Assembly (NCBI RefSeq): GCF_028641065.1
Contig: NC_073387.1
Location: 45,260,001-45,324,000 of the forward strand
DNA: 64,000 nt
Origin: Leucoraja erinacea
Taxonomy: Eukaryota
Reading direction: 5' to 3'
Shown here in pieces: positions 12,120-24,700 of this stretch. Under the pieces are notes generated by a model that made no database searches, was not told where the DNA came from, and saw nothing but the letters and a program-made list of their open reading frames with translations. Both the position numbers and the translations under genes were made by a program. Position 1 is the first letter of the stretch. The number at the start of each line of letters is the position of its first letter.

Positions 12120-14196
12120 TATTTTATTTTCATTGCACATAAGTGCAATGAGATTTGGGTATGCAGCTTCCATTCGACATCATAACTTAAGTAACTACTA
12201 AAATTTAGGTTTAGATACCCCGAGAACAAGGTTTGTACAAAGAACATTACAACAGTAAAATAGTCAAAACAGACTAAAGTGCAGATGTGTCTGTGCGACG
12301 TGACCATCCGAGGGAGACAGTCCGTGGGGGTGGGGGGCACTCAGCAGGAGCATCAAGCATCAATGCTGTAACATTGGCATTACAATTCATCACAAATTGA
12401 AATGGAATTGATACTTATAGAATTGAGAGTTCACGTTTACAACCAGAATGGAGAGAGGTTTCAAATGGATTACCCTACATTGAAATTCATAGAAAACTTA
12501 TTAAATGACATATCCAAGAGTAAAAAACAAACGCACCTTGCAAGTGTGCTGAACAAAGAATAGAGGTTTTTGGCTGTAATTTTATGTATGATCTAATTTA
12601 AATGGTTAATGAGGAACCATTTCTAATTAGAGAATCATGATGGCAACAAATTAGTCACGGGCCATTGGATCAGCCAGTTCAGAAGCAACTGTATGTTATT
12701 ATCGCATAAGACTTAGAATCAGATCAGCGATGCACGAATAAGCAAGCGCTTTGATTTTCAAGTTGAGTTGTCTAAGTTAGGAGCATGGACAGGAATGTAG
12801 GACGTAGTAAACACAAAACACAAAAGCAGACACAAAGTGCTGGAGTAACATAGAGAGTCAGGAACCATCTCTGGAGAACATTGATAGGCAACATTTCGTA
12901 TTAGGGCCCTTCTTCAGGCTAGCTTCATACATAAATGCATATTGTCACACCTTTGTAATGTGCTTAATGTTTATTGGAGGATCTGTGCACAAGACCTTGT
13001 TCAAGAAAAGTTGAAAGCAAAAGCATATAAAAGGACAGAAACTCATGGTACCATTTGTATTGTGAGAGGAAATAATGGAACAGTGCATTCTGTTCTCAAG
13101 GTCATAAAATGTTACATCTGTAGAGTAAATGACAGCCACTTGGTCAAGGATGTCACAGATGTTAAGCAATATACTGGAAATGTTAATATCTCTGGTACAT
13201 TACAGTTCTCCAAATGATCCATAATTACTGCCGAGTTAAAGTTTGAAGGTCACTCTGTAATGACCACAGACTTTACATTGACTGTATTTCAGTATCTTTG
13301 TAGCAGATGCTAGCCTCACTTCAATTACTTTGCACGGTGTTCTGAGACAAAACCAAAAGACTAGGCAAGGTTTCACAAAGGCAACATCCAATAAAAGATA
13401 CAATTCTACAATTTGAATCCAACATTTGGAGTGCAAGGGCAAGAGGTGAGGCTACAATCCAACAGCTCAGCCAAGAATGACATCAAGTGAACCTCATTGT
13501 ACTACTCACCCATTGATGAACTGTTACAGTGTATTTTGGCAACACGTGGCTTAAACAGTGTATTTTGGCAACGCATGGCTTATCATCTGAAAATAAATGG
13601 AATATAAGACACAGATTTGAATCTTCAAGTGTATTTCAGAACTAATGAATAAAGATGCTGGACAGCAGTATTCATAATTCCATGAAAATGTTTGACAAAT
13701 GCAAAGGGTGTATGCACAAAAATGTGACTTTCATTGTTTAACAAAAATACTTGACATCTTACTGTAAAGGCCTGGAAATAACTAAAATGAATTTACTTTT
13801 AAAACGCATGCATCAGCTGAAACAGGGTATGGCATCACCAGCAAAGTACTATCAGAAGTTCTATACTGATTCTAGAAATTCTACGCCATCTCTTCAGAAG
13901 GAAATTCAGTGAAGGGCAGATAGACAAATACTCATGCAGAGCATCAGCAAGAATGGCATTATGTACCAACACAGCGAAAGCACAAGACAAGAGAGCTATT
14001 TCTGAAGATACACTATATAGTAACTGTAATGTCAACAAAGTAAGATCATAGAACAGACTGAGTGTAGTAGGAAATCCAGCTCTAGAAACAAGACAGACTA
14101 AATCATTTTAGCAAGTAGTAAACAAGAGGGATTGGGGGGAGCAGATGGGGCCGGTGGGGGGGGGGGGGGGGGGGGGGGGTTTCACAAAGGCAACAT

Positions 14197-14234
<38 letters not shown>

Positions 14235-14480
14235 CAGTGGGGGTTATTTGGGGCAGCGTGGTTAGTGACTGGGTGGGCAGAGGGACGAGACTGTCCCCAA
14301 CTCTGCTGCAGCTGATGGGGATGTTGCCGGGTTTTCTTCCCCGTGTGTCCGCTGCCTTTTAAAACCCGGAGCTGCGGCCCCGCTCCACCCGGCCCCGTGT
14401 GTGGGTGCTGCCGACCCACAGCCCGTGACAGTGCGGCCACACAGGGGGAGATGGGGCAGAGAGCGGCCGTGGCCAGACAG

Positions 14481-14972
14481 CACAGAAGGTTCACCAGACT
14501 GATTCCTGGGATGTCAGGACTTTCATATGAAGAAAGACTGGATAGACTCGGCTTGTACACGCTGGAATTTAGAAGATTGAGGGGGGATCTTATAGAAACT
14601 TACAAAATTCTTTAGGGGTTGGACGGGCTAGATGCAGGAAGATTGTTCCCGATGTTGGGGAAGTCCAGGACAAGGGGTCACAGTCTAAGGATAAAGGGGA
14701 AATCCTTAGGACCGAGATGAGAAAAACATTTTTCATACAGAGAGTGGCAAATCTCTGGAACTCTCTGCCACAGAAGGTAGTTGAGGCCAGTTCATTGGCT
14801 ATATTTAAGAGGGAGTTAGATGTGGCCCTTGTGGCTAAAGGGATCAGGGGGTATGGAGAGAAGGCAGGTACAGGATACTGAGTTGGATGATCAGCCATGA
14901 TCATATTGAGTGGCAGTGCAGGCTCGAAGGGCCGAATGGCCTACTCCTGCACCTATTTTCTATGTTTCTATG
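14481..14972 (+). mobile_element. Young CR1-like LINE, 5'-truncated, inside a GC-rich repeat (about 14130-15380)
   Basis: RRFTRLIPGMSGLSYEERLDRLGLY peptide, TTTCTATG tail; near identical to 39474-40092. Confidence 0.9.
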
Positions 14973-15396
14973 ACCCTGGGGGGAGAGAGTGGGAGCTGTC
15001 CCAAGGGATGCGCTCCTTCGGCCGCTTATACCTTGGTGCTTGGGTTCAGAGCAAAGATACTAGAGCATTTGGTTCAGAGCGTTCAGTCACCCTCCAGCCC
15101 CGGGCTGTCGTGGGCCGGGACTTGCCCTCAATGCGCCGGCACGCGGCTCTTTCGCAAGTCAGTGAGCAGCAGTGATTTTGGCGGTTTTCACTCATGGTTG
15201 CCCCTATTTCCACAATATTTTACAGCGCAAAAATTCACAATTTTGGCGGTTTTTAACAGGTAAGAACATATGTGTTGCGTGTTACTAGTGTATGCCGGAA
15301 GCTGCCTTGTACTCCAGAAGGATTGAGCTACTCCGTGCGTCACACCCTTTGACCCGATGACCTTATGTGCAACCACCCTGTACCTAATGTAGGCTC

Positions 15397-15626
15397 AAGG
15401 AACTGCAGATGCTGGTTTACAAAATAAAAGACAAAATGTTCTGCAGTAACTCATCGGGTCAGGTAGCATCTGTGGAGAACATAAATAAGTAGGAAGGAAT
15501 TGCAAATGCTGGTTTACACCGAAGACAGACATAAAAAGCTGGAGTAACTCAGCGGGTCAGGCAGCGTCTCCAGAGAAAAGGAATGGGTGCAGAAGCGACG
15601 TTGTGGGTCTGGATCCTCCGTCAGAC
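15397..15626 (-). mobile_element. Two tandem Penelope-like terminal repeats
   Basis: AGGAA.TGCA.ATGCTGGTTTAC...GTAACTCA.CGGGTCAGG.AGC.TCT occurs twice. Confidence 0.6.
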
Positions 15627-15869
15627 AACGCCTAATGTTCTTTTTAAGGCGCATATTTCAATGTGTGTGGGTTTTTTTGGTTAAAATACTAAGTTGCAAA
15701 ATGGTTGCTTTAAAAATATATATTTTTTTGCGATGGGGAAAGGATGTGACGTGGTTAAATGTTTGTTTTCCGTCAACCATCAGGTGATCCTGTAGGTTTT
15801 TTATTTCACCCGAAACTTCCTGCAACAGTGGGAAGCGCAGAGGTCTAAGGACTTGTCAAATATCGTGTC

Positions 15870-16285
15870 TGTTTGGTGCCACATTGATAACAACGAAGAT
15901 ACAACGACTATTGAATGAGGTATGGACACAATATGTAGTCGAAAGAGGTTAGTGTCAAGTGTTTGTGGTTTGAAGGCGTATTTTATTTAGCACAGAAACG
16001 ATGTACTGCTGTCATTATATGACATGTAATTGGTTAAGACAGTTAAAGATCCCATAATACATTTCAAACTTAAAATAAACGAAATTAATATGATGTATAT
16101 TATGTAAACAGCGGGTATGTACAATTGTGATGAAGAACGCCATTGCTGGAAATTACTGTCAATTTGTTTGGTGTCACATTGATAACAACGAAGATGCAAC
16201 GACTACTGAATAAGGTGTGGACATATCGAAAGACTCAAATGTTTGAGATTTGAAGACGTATATATTTAGCACAAAATCGATGTAC
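15870..16285 (+). repeat. Diverged direct duplication (15870-16006 and 16165-16285) upstream of CLK4 exon 1
   Basis: TGTTTGGTG.CACATTGATAACAACGAAGAT.CAACGACTA.TGAAT.AGGT.TGGACA...TTTAGCACA.AA.CGATGTAC present twice. Confidence 0.85.
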
Positions 16286-16298
16286 AGGTATATAGAGA

Positions 16299-16490
16299 CC
16301 TATTCATTGTTCTTTATCTCTCTACATCATCGTCGATATTTCCCGTTTCCCGTTTCCCTGAATATTTTGGAGAACCAAGAAGGGTCTCGACCCCAAACGT
16401 CACCCATTCCTTCTCTCCAGAGATGCTGCTTGTCCCGCTGAGGCACTCCAGCTTTTTGTGTCTAATTAAACCTGCATCTGCAGTTCCTTC
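16299..16490 (+). mobile_element. Penelope-like terminal repeat next to the CLK4 promoter
   Basis: AAGAAGGGTCTCGACCCCAAACGTCACCCATTCCTTCTCTCCAGAGATGCTGC...GCATCTGCAGTTCC. Confidence 0.65.
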
Positions 16491-16519
16491 TTCCTACTCA
16501 ATCAATACATGAGAAGTGA

Positions 16520-17250
16520 AGAGGCAACCAACCGAGCAGCTGGCGCTCGCCAGCGAGGTCTGAGCCCAGGCCTTGCCCACATTCACAACCGGAACCACGT
16601 CCGCAAGTGACGCTGCCCGCTCATTGTTCCCTCGCTGAAGCTTCAGCCACCATTTTGTGAAGGAGCGTGTTTTTTTTATTTCTCTTGTCTTTGACTTTAT
16701 GCGATTTGCGGCGGCATCAAGAGGTAAGGCTTTTTTTTCACAACAGCTTTTTTTTTCGCTAACGCCGGCAGATCTGAGTGATTAAACTCCCAATTTTTGG
16801 CCGGTTGTTCGGCGGAATTAAAAAACAAAAAAACAACGGGTTTGTTACCGAAGGGGCAACTTCGCAGGATTATCCTGGCGAACGTCTTTACTCGACGTTG
16901 GTTGTAGTGAAAACTTCCCTCGTAAGGTAAAGAGGGGCGAGTGACCGAGAGATGTTGCCGCCAGCATCTGCCGTTTGGTTTAGATGTTGAAGAAGATGTC
17001 TGTCAGACGGAGTTTTAAAGCGACAACAATTCGACAAAATGGCGACGGGTTGCGGATCTTCCCGGCAACCGGCCGCTCGGTTTATTTGGTGTAACAGGGC
17101 GATAAATGTTTCTTAAATGCCCGGGATTCGGTACAAAACCGGATTGTTTCCCTCTTTTTTAAAGCGAACTGCTATCCGGCGTTACGGGGACCAGTTTGAG
17201 GAGGATGTTTATCAAAGAGGTGACAAGAACCAAGACGATGAAATTAAATC
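16520..17250 (+). promoter_or_regulatory. CLK4: CpG-rich CLK4 promoter/first-exon region with ETS-like (CCGGAA 16589), CRE half-site (TGACG 16608) and YY1-like motifs (CCATTTTG 16650; CAAAATGGCG 17035)
   Basis: Local CpG enrichment and housekeeping-type motifs around a strong splice donor. Confidence 0.6.
16620..16723 (+). other. CLK4: CLK4 non-coding exon 1 (start approximate)
   Basis: Strong GAG|gtaagg donor at 16724; the ATG is the first base of the next exon, so an upstream exon is required. Confidence 0.65.
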
Positions 17251-18310
17251 CCGGAGGAGATGGACACAAAATGCTGGAGTAACAGCATTCTCGGGTCGAG
17301 ACCCTTCACCTACTCATTTTTCTCCAGAGATGCCGCCTGACCAGCTGAGTTACTCCAGCATTTTGCGCCTATCTTCGATGTAAACCAGCATCCGCAGTTC
17401 TTTCCTATAAATTAAATCCCACCCTGGGATCACTGGTCCACTCCCAGCTCGATGACGGGTGAGCCAGGTTCCTCATCGGGAAATTAAATGTCCACAACAC
17501 ATTTTTCTACTTCGATATAATTTATATAACGTATAACGAACCCAAATATTAAAACATTTACCATATTTAGTCCTATTCTGAAAGATTAAAGTATTTTATC
17601 CTATTCTGGAATACGTTTCCTCGTCAATTTGCTATCTACCGGTAATTCTTTTGCTAGTGTTCCTCATCATCAGAGCCACTTAGGAGTACTATAAAATGAC
17701 ATTGACACACATGGGATACACCCGTGGAGATCTAGAGGCGAGATTTTCCGTGGAGTTATTGGCTAGTCGGCTGTGTAACGTTTCTGTGCTTTCCTGTTAT
17801 AAAGTAGCACTTGTGCTATAGCTGGCATTTTGTATTCAATATGTTTCATTGTAATTTCTGCAGTCAGCCAAATATTTTGATTGGAAAAGGGACTTCGGAT
17901 CTATTTAAATGTCTCACTGACATCCTTGTGTATTTCACAACTATAACTATGTTCTGAATGTAGTTATGGTTGTAATTTGGAGAAACATTTAATTAGCTTG
18001 CACACAACAATTGAAAATTAACCAGAACATTTATCTTTGGTATTGGCTGCTGCTAAATGCAAGCTGGCAAGGGCAGCTCTGCTGTTGTTAGTTGGCAAAG
18101 ATAGCTGCTGTTTATCAAAAGCTATTTCATGTTCATTTGAAGGTGGTAGTATTATCTGAAAGACAACAATAAGCTCGTATTATTCATGATTATACTCTTG
18201 TGGAGTTTTAATCTAGTCTTGAAGTAAGGAGGCCCAGTTTATTACTCTTCAGATTCGGCTCCATGTTTTGTGATGCCTTGCCAGGGACTTGACTTCATTG
18301 TTTTGAAAAT

Positions 18311-18470
18311 GAAGTCATGTTTAATATTTTGTTTCATATCATTTGCATGCAATGACTGCTTGACGTCGGCGATTCATGGACATCACCACGTGATTTTTTT
18401 TCTCTATTACAAATCTCAAATTGTGGCAAATAAATGATGGGTCATTCTCCCAAACATTATGGAGGGCACT
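18311..18470. mobile_element. Internally deleted fragment of the Tc1 family at 25169-26787
   Basis: Matches about 25416-25491 joined directly to about 26691-26786. Confidence 0.7.
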
Positions 18471-19599
18471 ATTATCAGCATTTGAAATCTCCACAGTAAG
18501 AATTGAAAAATAACAATTCCTGAACAATGCATTGTGTTTCTTAAGATGCGTTTTCTTCTTCACATACTGCTTGGTGTTTTGATGTCTCGCAGCAAAACTA
18601 TATTCTACAATTAAATTTATTAATTGGACTCTTTAAATGCTGCTATTTGAGGACTCCTCCCTTCTTGGGTTTGAAGGAAACCGGGATCCCAATTCAATAT
18701 TTTTGCCCAAAAGCTATTTTTTAGATTAATGGATTGTGACTTTTGCAACATTTTGTACCTTGAGTTACTTTTGTACAGTGGCAGTAAATGTATTTCAGTT
18801 TCTGTGTTTGAAATGAGATTTAAAAATACCACTCCTTGTGTAAACCACACCTTGTCCATCCTCTTGAAGCAATTTTTCAATTTGCTGATAAATGACATCT
18901 GTGGAGTTAATTGCAGGTCAGCACACGGCCAATGCTCTTTGAGTCGATAATGCAAGTCCTCTAAGCAGTTTAATATTCGTTGTAAATGGTTTTATTGAAT
19001 GACACATCTACAACATCACAATAGTCCTTGTCCTTCTATGTATTCTTCAGGACAATAACCACTCTGTTAATGCTAGTTTCAAAATTGGTGGCTATTCGCA
19101 GTCTTTGTTTTTGGCCCTGAAGCAGTAGTTGTAACAGTCAGTGTATGCAAATAGTGCATCCAATTTTTTCTCATTTTTGGTAAAGGTAGAATAATCAAAT
19201 ATCTGGATAGAAGCCTGCATATTGTTTGCTAAATGCAACTGTGCGTCATAATGCACTTGCAAATTTGTGAATCAATCTAGTTTCTCTCAGTCAGAAAATC
19301 ATGTATTGATTTGGTACATCATTTAATAAATAAATTGCAAGAGATGAGTGGTGAATGAAAGCTTTGTGGAAAGATCATTCATGATCGAATTGCATAATGA
19401 TGCAGGCATATACTTATGAAGTACTTCTGAATTTCCTATGTCTCCTTGAGCCATTACTGAGGAAAATGACTGCAATTTGGATGAATCGTTAAAATTAGTG
19501 CGCTTATTGGGCGACTAAAGGAAATGATCCATTTTGAAGGACGAGGAATAAGTGAGTTCGGTATTCCGACTGCGCATGCCCAGGTCATAGGTCACTGGG

Positions 19600-20560
19600 G
19601 ATAAACATTGGAGGGTGCAGATCTGCTGTGTATCTTTGGTTATCAGACCTTCGTTTCAGTGAGTGCTTTATGCTTCGGGCTGCTCCGTGGAGTCGGGGTC
19701 CATGGTTGGGCGCGGGTCTCCAGCACCGCTGGGCCTTCACGCGTCGTCGCCCCACCCCTCCGGGTGTCCAACCCCCGTCCAGAGGTGGCCAAGCTCACGG
19801 GGGGGTGTTGGCGCCAAGCCTCCAGTGAGTCGAGTCGGGGCTGGGGGGGGGCAATCAGTTCCACTGGGGGGGGGGGGGGTATCAAAGGGGGGGGGGGTGG
19901 AGGGTGGGTGACTCAGACGGAGAGGTTAGGTGGTGGTGGGGGCCACCGGAGGGGATGCACACGGGGTGCCACGTGGGCCAGGCAATGTCTGGAGAAAGGT
20001 TTCGACCCAAAATATCACCCATTTCTTTTCTCCGGGGATGCTGCCCGTCCAGCTGAGCCGCCGCAGCACCCTGAGCGCCGGCTGTCGGCGGGGGTGTGTG
20101 CGAAGTGCTGTAGCGGCTCGGCTGGACGGGCAGCATCTCCAGAAAAAAGGAATGGGCTCCTCTGGAGTAGGAGCTGGGCTGGCGCAGGCGCCCTTCCTTC
20201 CCCCACCCCCACGCCGGCCACGTGCTTGTGTGCTGTCGCCCTGGGCGGGGACTGGACACCCATGGGGGAGGGGGGGCGGTGCCGGGAACACGGGCTCGAC
20301 GCGGGCTGCGGATGCAGCGCGAGTCTGCGCATTCTCCCCTGTCTCCCACTGGCTTCTGCCCCCCTCTCTCGCTGTTACACTCGCTCGCCCGCTATCTGGC
20401 ACCCCCGTTCCTCAGATTAAATATATTTTTACACATAAATCATGAATAAAGATAAGAATTTACATACAGTTTATGCAGTCAGCGCTTTGTTTGCTTTTTC
20501 TTTATAGCGAGTGACTTTTGACAAATCCCAAAACTATTCCTTGCGGTTTTTTGTAAATAC
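19600..20560. mobile_element. GC-rich repeat in CLK4 intron 1 with an internal inverted repeat derived from Penelope termini
   Basis: High GC, poly-G runs, inverted arms at 20018-20069 and 20105-20156; boundaries approximate. Confidence 0.45.
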
Positions 20561-21625
20561 CGAACTCGACGGGCCTGATGGCCAAGGTTAGTAGAGGGAA
20601 ACTAGATTGAGGATAATGAGCTGGTCTGCTGGGAAATAAAAGGGAGGCTGTGGATTTTGAAGCCCCCTTATCACAGTGGGGAGTGTGATCCTGGGGTGGT
20701 TTGAAAACATCCGTTGTTACCTCCTATCCTTTGTATGTCCAATCCAAAGATCCAGAAAAATGTTGAAAACCATTATCCTATAATGCTGATGGGATGTTCG
20801 TTAAGGTTGGTGCAATCTCGCAGGGATCAGGTGGTGGACTGGGGATAAATAACGGTGCTAATGAAGAGATTAGAACAAGATGGCACTTTGTAATTGTTTG
20901 CCAGTTCCAAAGTTGATCAGAAGAGCTGTTGGGTTGATGGTGGTGTTTGGTATGTGTGCAGCTGAACTTTAGATGAACTTGCTTCTGTAGAGGATAGGAG
21001 ACTAATCAAAGGAGCACATTGGAATTCTGGTCCTTATAGACACCTGTATGATGCTTTTTTCCCCTAATGGCTAAGGATGGATTTTGAGATGCATGTGTGA
21101 ATGTAGCTCATTATAATCTGAATGGAAGAGATGGAATTTAGTCCTACAGAACACAAACAGGCCCTTCGGCCCAGCTTGTCTATGTCAATCAAATTGTTCC
21201 ATCTAAGCTAGTCCCATTTGCCTATATTTTGTCTATATCCCTCTAAACCTTTCATATCTGTATCCATGTGTCTTTTAAATGATGAGTAGTACCAGCTTCA
21301 AATAGCTCCTCTTGCGGCTCATTCTATGTGTCGTCCAACCTCTGGTTCTTGATTCCCCTGCTCTGCGTAAAAGATTATGCTTTGACCCTATCTATTCCCC
21401 TCGGGAGTTTATATACCTCTAATTTGTAGATCTTTTGTGTGCTCTGACAAAAATGTCGGTATTCCCAGTGTTTGAAGAGGAAGTTGTCTTGAGATGAAAA
21501 TGCCACTTTTTTTTGGCTACAGATTCATAATGTTAATTTAAAGTTGCAGAGTAAAAAACAATCAGACATTTTTCAGCTGCTTGTTGATATCAAATGGACA
21601 AAACTGATACTATTATAATCTATAG

Positions 21626-21777
21626 ATGCCTCATTTGAAGTGTACACGGAGTTCAGAATGGAGTGGTGGAGAGAGTTGGGACCACCGAGACTATTACATT
21701 GGCCATAAACGCAGAAAACGATCACATAGCAGTGAAAGGGAAAATAGGCGACGCAAGCGCCATCGTCCTTCAGACAA
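21626..21777 (+). CDS. CLK4: CLK4 exon 2 ([20 protein letters not shown]...KRHRPSD)
   Basis: tatag|ATG; AA|gtaagt donor; R/S/H-rich N-terminus. Confidence 0.88.
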
Positions 21778-24700
21778 GTAAGTAATACATGCGTACAACC
21801 TGTGAAGTCTCTGCAGCAATAGTTAAGATTGGTAATTTGGTAAGTTTTTCTTATAGCTATTACTTGGAAACAAAATCTGTTAATGAGCACATGGATAACC
21901 ATGACGGAAAGCATGAATGCAGTGATGGGTACAAAATGGAATATAGGAATGGCTGTCACAACAGAGAATGCCGACATCAGCGCTACTGCTATAGTCATCA
22001 AAATTACAGCAAGTCAGGCAAACCTGATAGTGGAAGGAGTGAAAAAAGTAGCCGGGAAAAACATAGGCCTATAAAACATCACTCTGGTTCAAGTAATCAT
22101 TCGCACTCGGTAAGAACAAATTTATTTGAAATTGACAGGTTGGGAGGGGGTGGGGGGGTATTTAAATAGTTCTGTTTTTAATTAATTGAGGCATCTCTTT
22201 TGGGGATAGGGTAGTTTTAAAATCTGGGTTGTTGAAATATAGAAAGTTAGGAATATTCTGTTAAAATTTGAAAATTGATTTCTGCATATAGTTATTAGAG
22301 GCAGACTTGATAAAATTGTTTTTAATATTAGAAAAATCTGGTTTTGAAAATTAGCAGTCTTATTTAATGATCTTGGTAGGAAGTTTCAAGAAATAAAGTA
22401 ACTGATTATGGAGTCTGCATGGATAGTACCAGTTTTATCCTAATAGTTTTCACAGCATGCCAATCATTTTGAGAAGGAGTTTTCTAATTGCAGGCAATTC
22501 GACCAGTGTTAATGATCTCTGTGTCGTAACTGCTGTGTTGCCCTAATCTGGCAGTAAACTGTTGAATTAAACATATTCTGCCACTCCTTCAGAATGTTAA
22601 AACTGGTTTCCACAATGGCAATTGACTTTTTGAAAATGATTGTTTTGGTTATCACCAACCATTTTACGCTGTTTAAGGAGAGCATCCTTTGCCCTGCCAT
22701 TCAAAGTTCTTGAAAGGTTTGCAGAATATGCACCCAACTCTCCCAACAGTGAAAATCCTAGTTGAAACCACATATTGCATCCAAGATGCAATATTTTCAA
22801 CCCTGCAGAATGCCCACTTTAATCGTATTTTGTTTGTAATTACCACATGCTTTGAACGTAATGTATTTTATTAACTTTAATTTGGTAAATTTTGTATTGA
22901 TGCATTTGTTGCTTTGAAAAATTTAAGACCTTATCTTAAAATCTGTTCCTTGCCATGTTTTTCTTCTGTAACATACACTGTGTGCCATGTGAATTTCTGG
23001 GGATTGAATTTGAATTTGCACCCATCAACCTACCGTGGCCTTTCGTGGATTGGCGTATATATGAATACCTGAATCCTCTCCTGGGGAATGGTGTGTTCTG
23101 TTCCGAAATACTATCCCTTTTCAATGGCTGGATGTTGCTGACTACTTGTCGTATACAGAAGAGTCACCGCCAAAGGAGATCCAAGAATGTTGAGGATGAT
23201 GAGGAGGGTCATCTGGTATATCACACTGGAGACAAACTGAAAGCAAGATGTATAGAATATTTTTGTAACAACTTTATTACAGACTGCTTTAAAGGCATAG
23301 TTTGGGAAAGTATGGGAGGGAGAAGGAAATAATATTTAAGGGATCCATGAATATGTAAGCTAAAGTCAGTATTTCATAGTTGGAGTCAAATGTAATTTAA
23401 AAAATATTTCAAGCTTAGTTTTGTTATTCTGAAGTTATTAATCTTATACATAAAACAGTCCAGCAGGCCTTCAAAATAGTTATTCTAGCTTTTGGTGAAA
23501 GGGGGTGGCATTATTTTTTAATTAATTTAAGCATGGGTTATTTATTTTGAAAGTTTAATTTATAGTATGGCAGTATTAGGAATATCCTTATTGTATTTTT
23601 AAATTTGGCCTTTATTTTAGAATAAAACTGTTTAAATGTAAAATGTTAGCCATTTAGGATTGTTTAATCTTTTTGATAAGTCTATTGTTTATTATTGAAT
23701 AAGAAATTGTTTTTTGCATATGTTCCTAAAAAGGGTTTTCTTTCCAATCCAGATGAAATAATCTGTAATCTAGGAGAAGGAGCTTTTGGAAAAGTTGTAG
23801 AGTGTTTTGATTTGAAAAAGTAAGTGCATTTACTCATCGCCTAATTTGCTCGTAAGTTATTAAATGTAATTGACCTTATTGTATTGCAGAGGTGAATTAT
23901 AGGTTGCAACATTGCAAAGATTGATCAGTTTCCAAACTACCATGAGAAAGTGCACAATAGAAGCTGCTGTCAATGAGCAATATTGTAAGGTGGTTAAAGT
24001 AGGAAAAAAATATCTCTTTCAGCAAAAATTGCTTCGAGAAATTATGATTCATTTGATAAGAGCACAGATGCTGACTATTGTAATTGTTTATGTAGGCGCT
24101 GTTAATTTATTGAATTAACATTGAAGTAGTAAATTCAGAGTTTATCAGCGTATGGTGAAGAAAAATTAGGACTAGAGAATGGGGAGATGACAGACAGATA
24201 ATCCAAGAGAAATATATTTCTACAATTTTCAATGTTTAAATGATTAAGACCACCTAGTCCATGCGGGAGTCTATTTCAATGCAGATCTTTCATCTCCGCT
24301 GCCCTATGAATTAACCCCCACATTTGTTTATTGTTGGTATTATTGCTGGGCAATAATAATCAAATTATTATTTGATTCTCAACAATATATTTTATGTTGG
24401 TGGCTGGATCTCCCGCATACATTTTATAACATAACGAAGCCCAAAGCAAGCCTCAATCACAAAATTGCCACCTTGTAGGTAAATCACATCAACTTGCTAC
24501 GCAAGCCAAATGATTCTGACTTTAGATGGCGATCACAATCTATTATCTATGCGATGCAATAAAATTATGAAAGCAGACTACCTCCTATATATTTATATAA
24601 TTAATAAATACTCTTTAAAATTGACTGCAGATTGACATCTGCTTGTTCAATTGTGCAACTACAAGGTTTTCCGGAACTAATGCATTCCGGAAGAATTTCA

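Noticed and set aside
12537-12573. Possible minus-strand 37-nt exon of a transcript divergent from CLK4
   Set aside because: Good donor but poor polypyrimidine tract and no partner exons identified
19608-20449. Overlapping long GC-rich ORFs on both strands
   Set aside because: Expected from stop-poor GC-rich repeat sequence; no recognisable domain or splice structure
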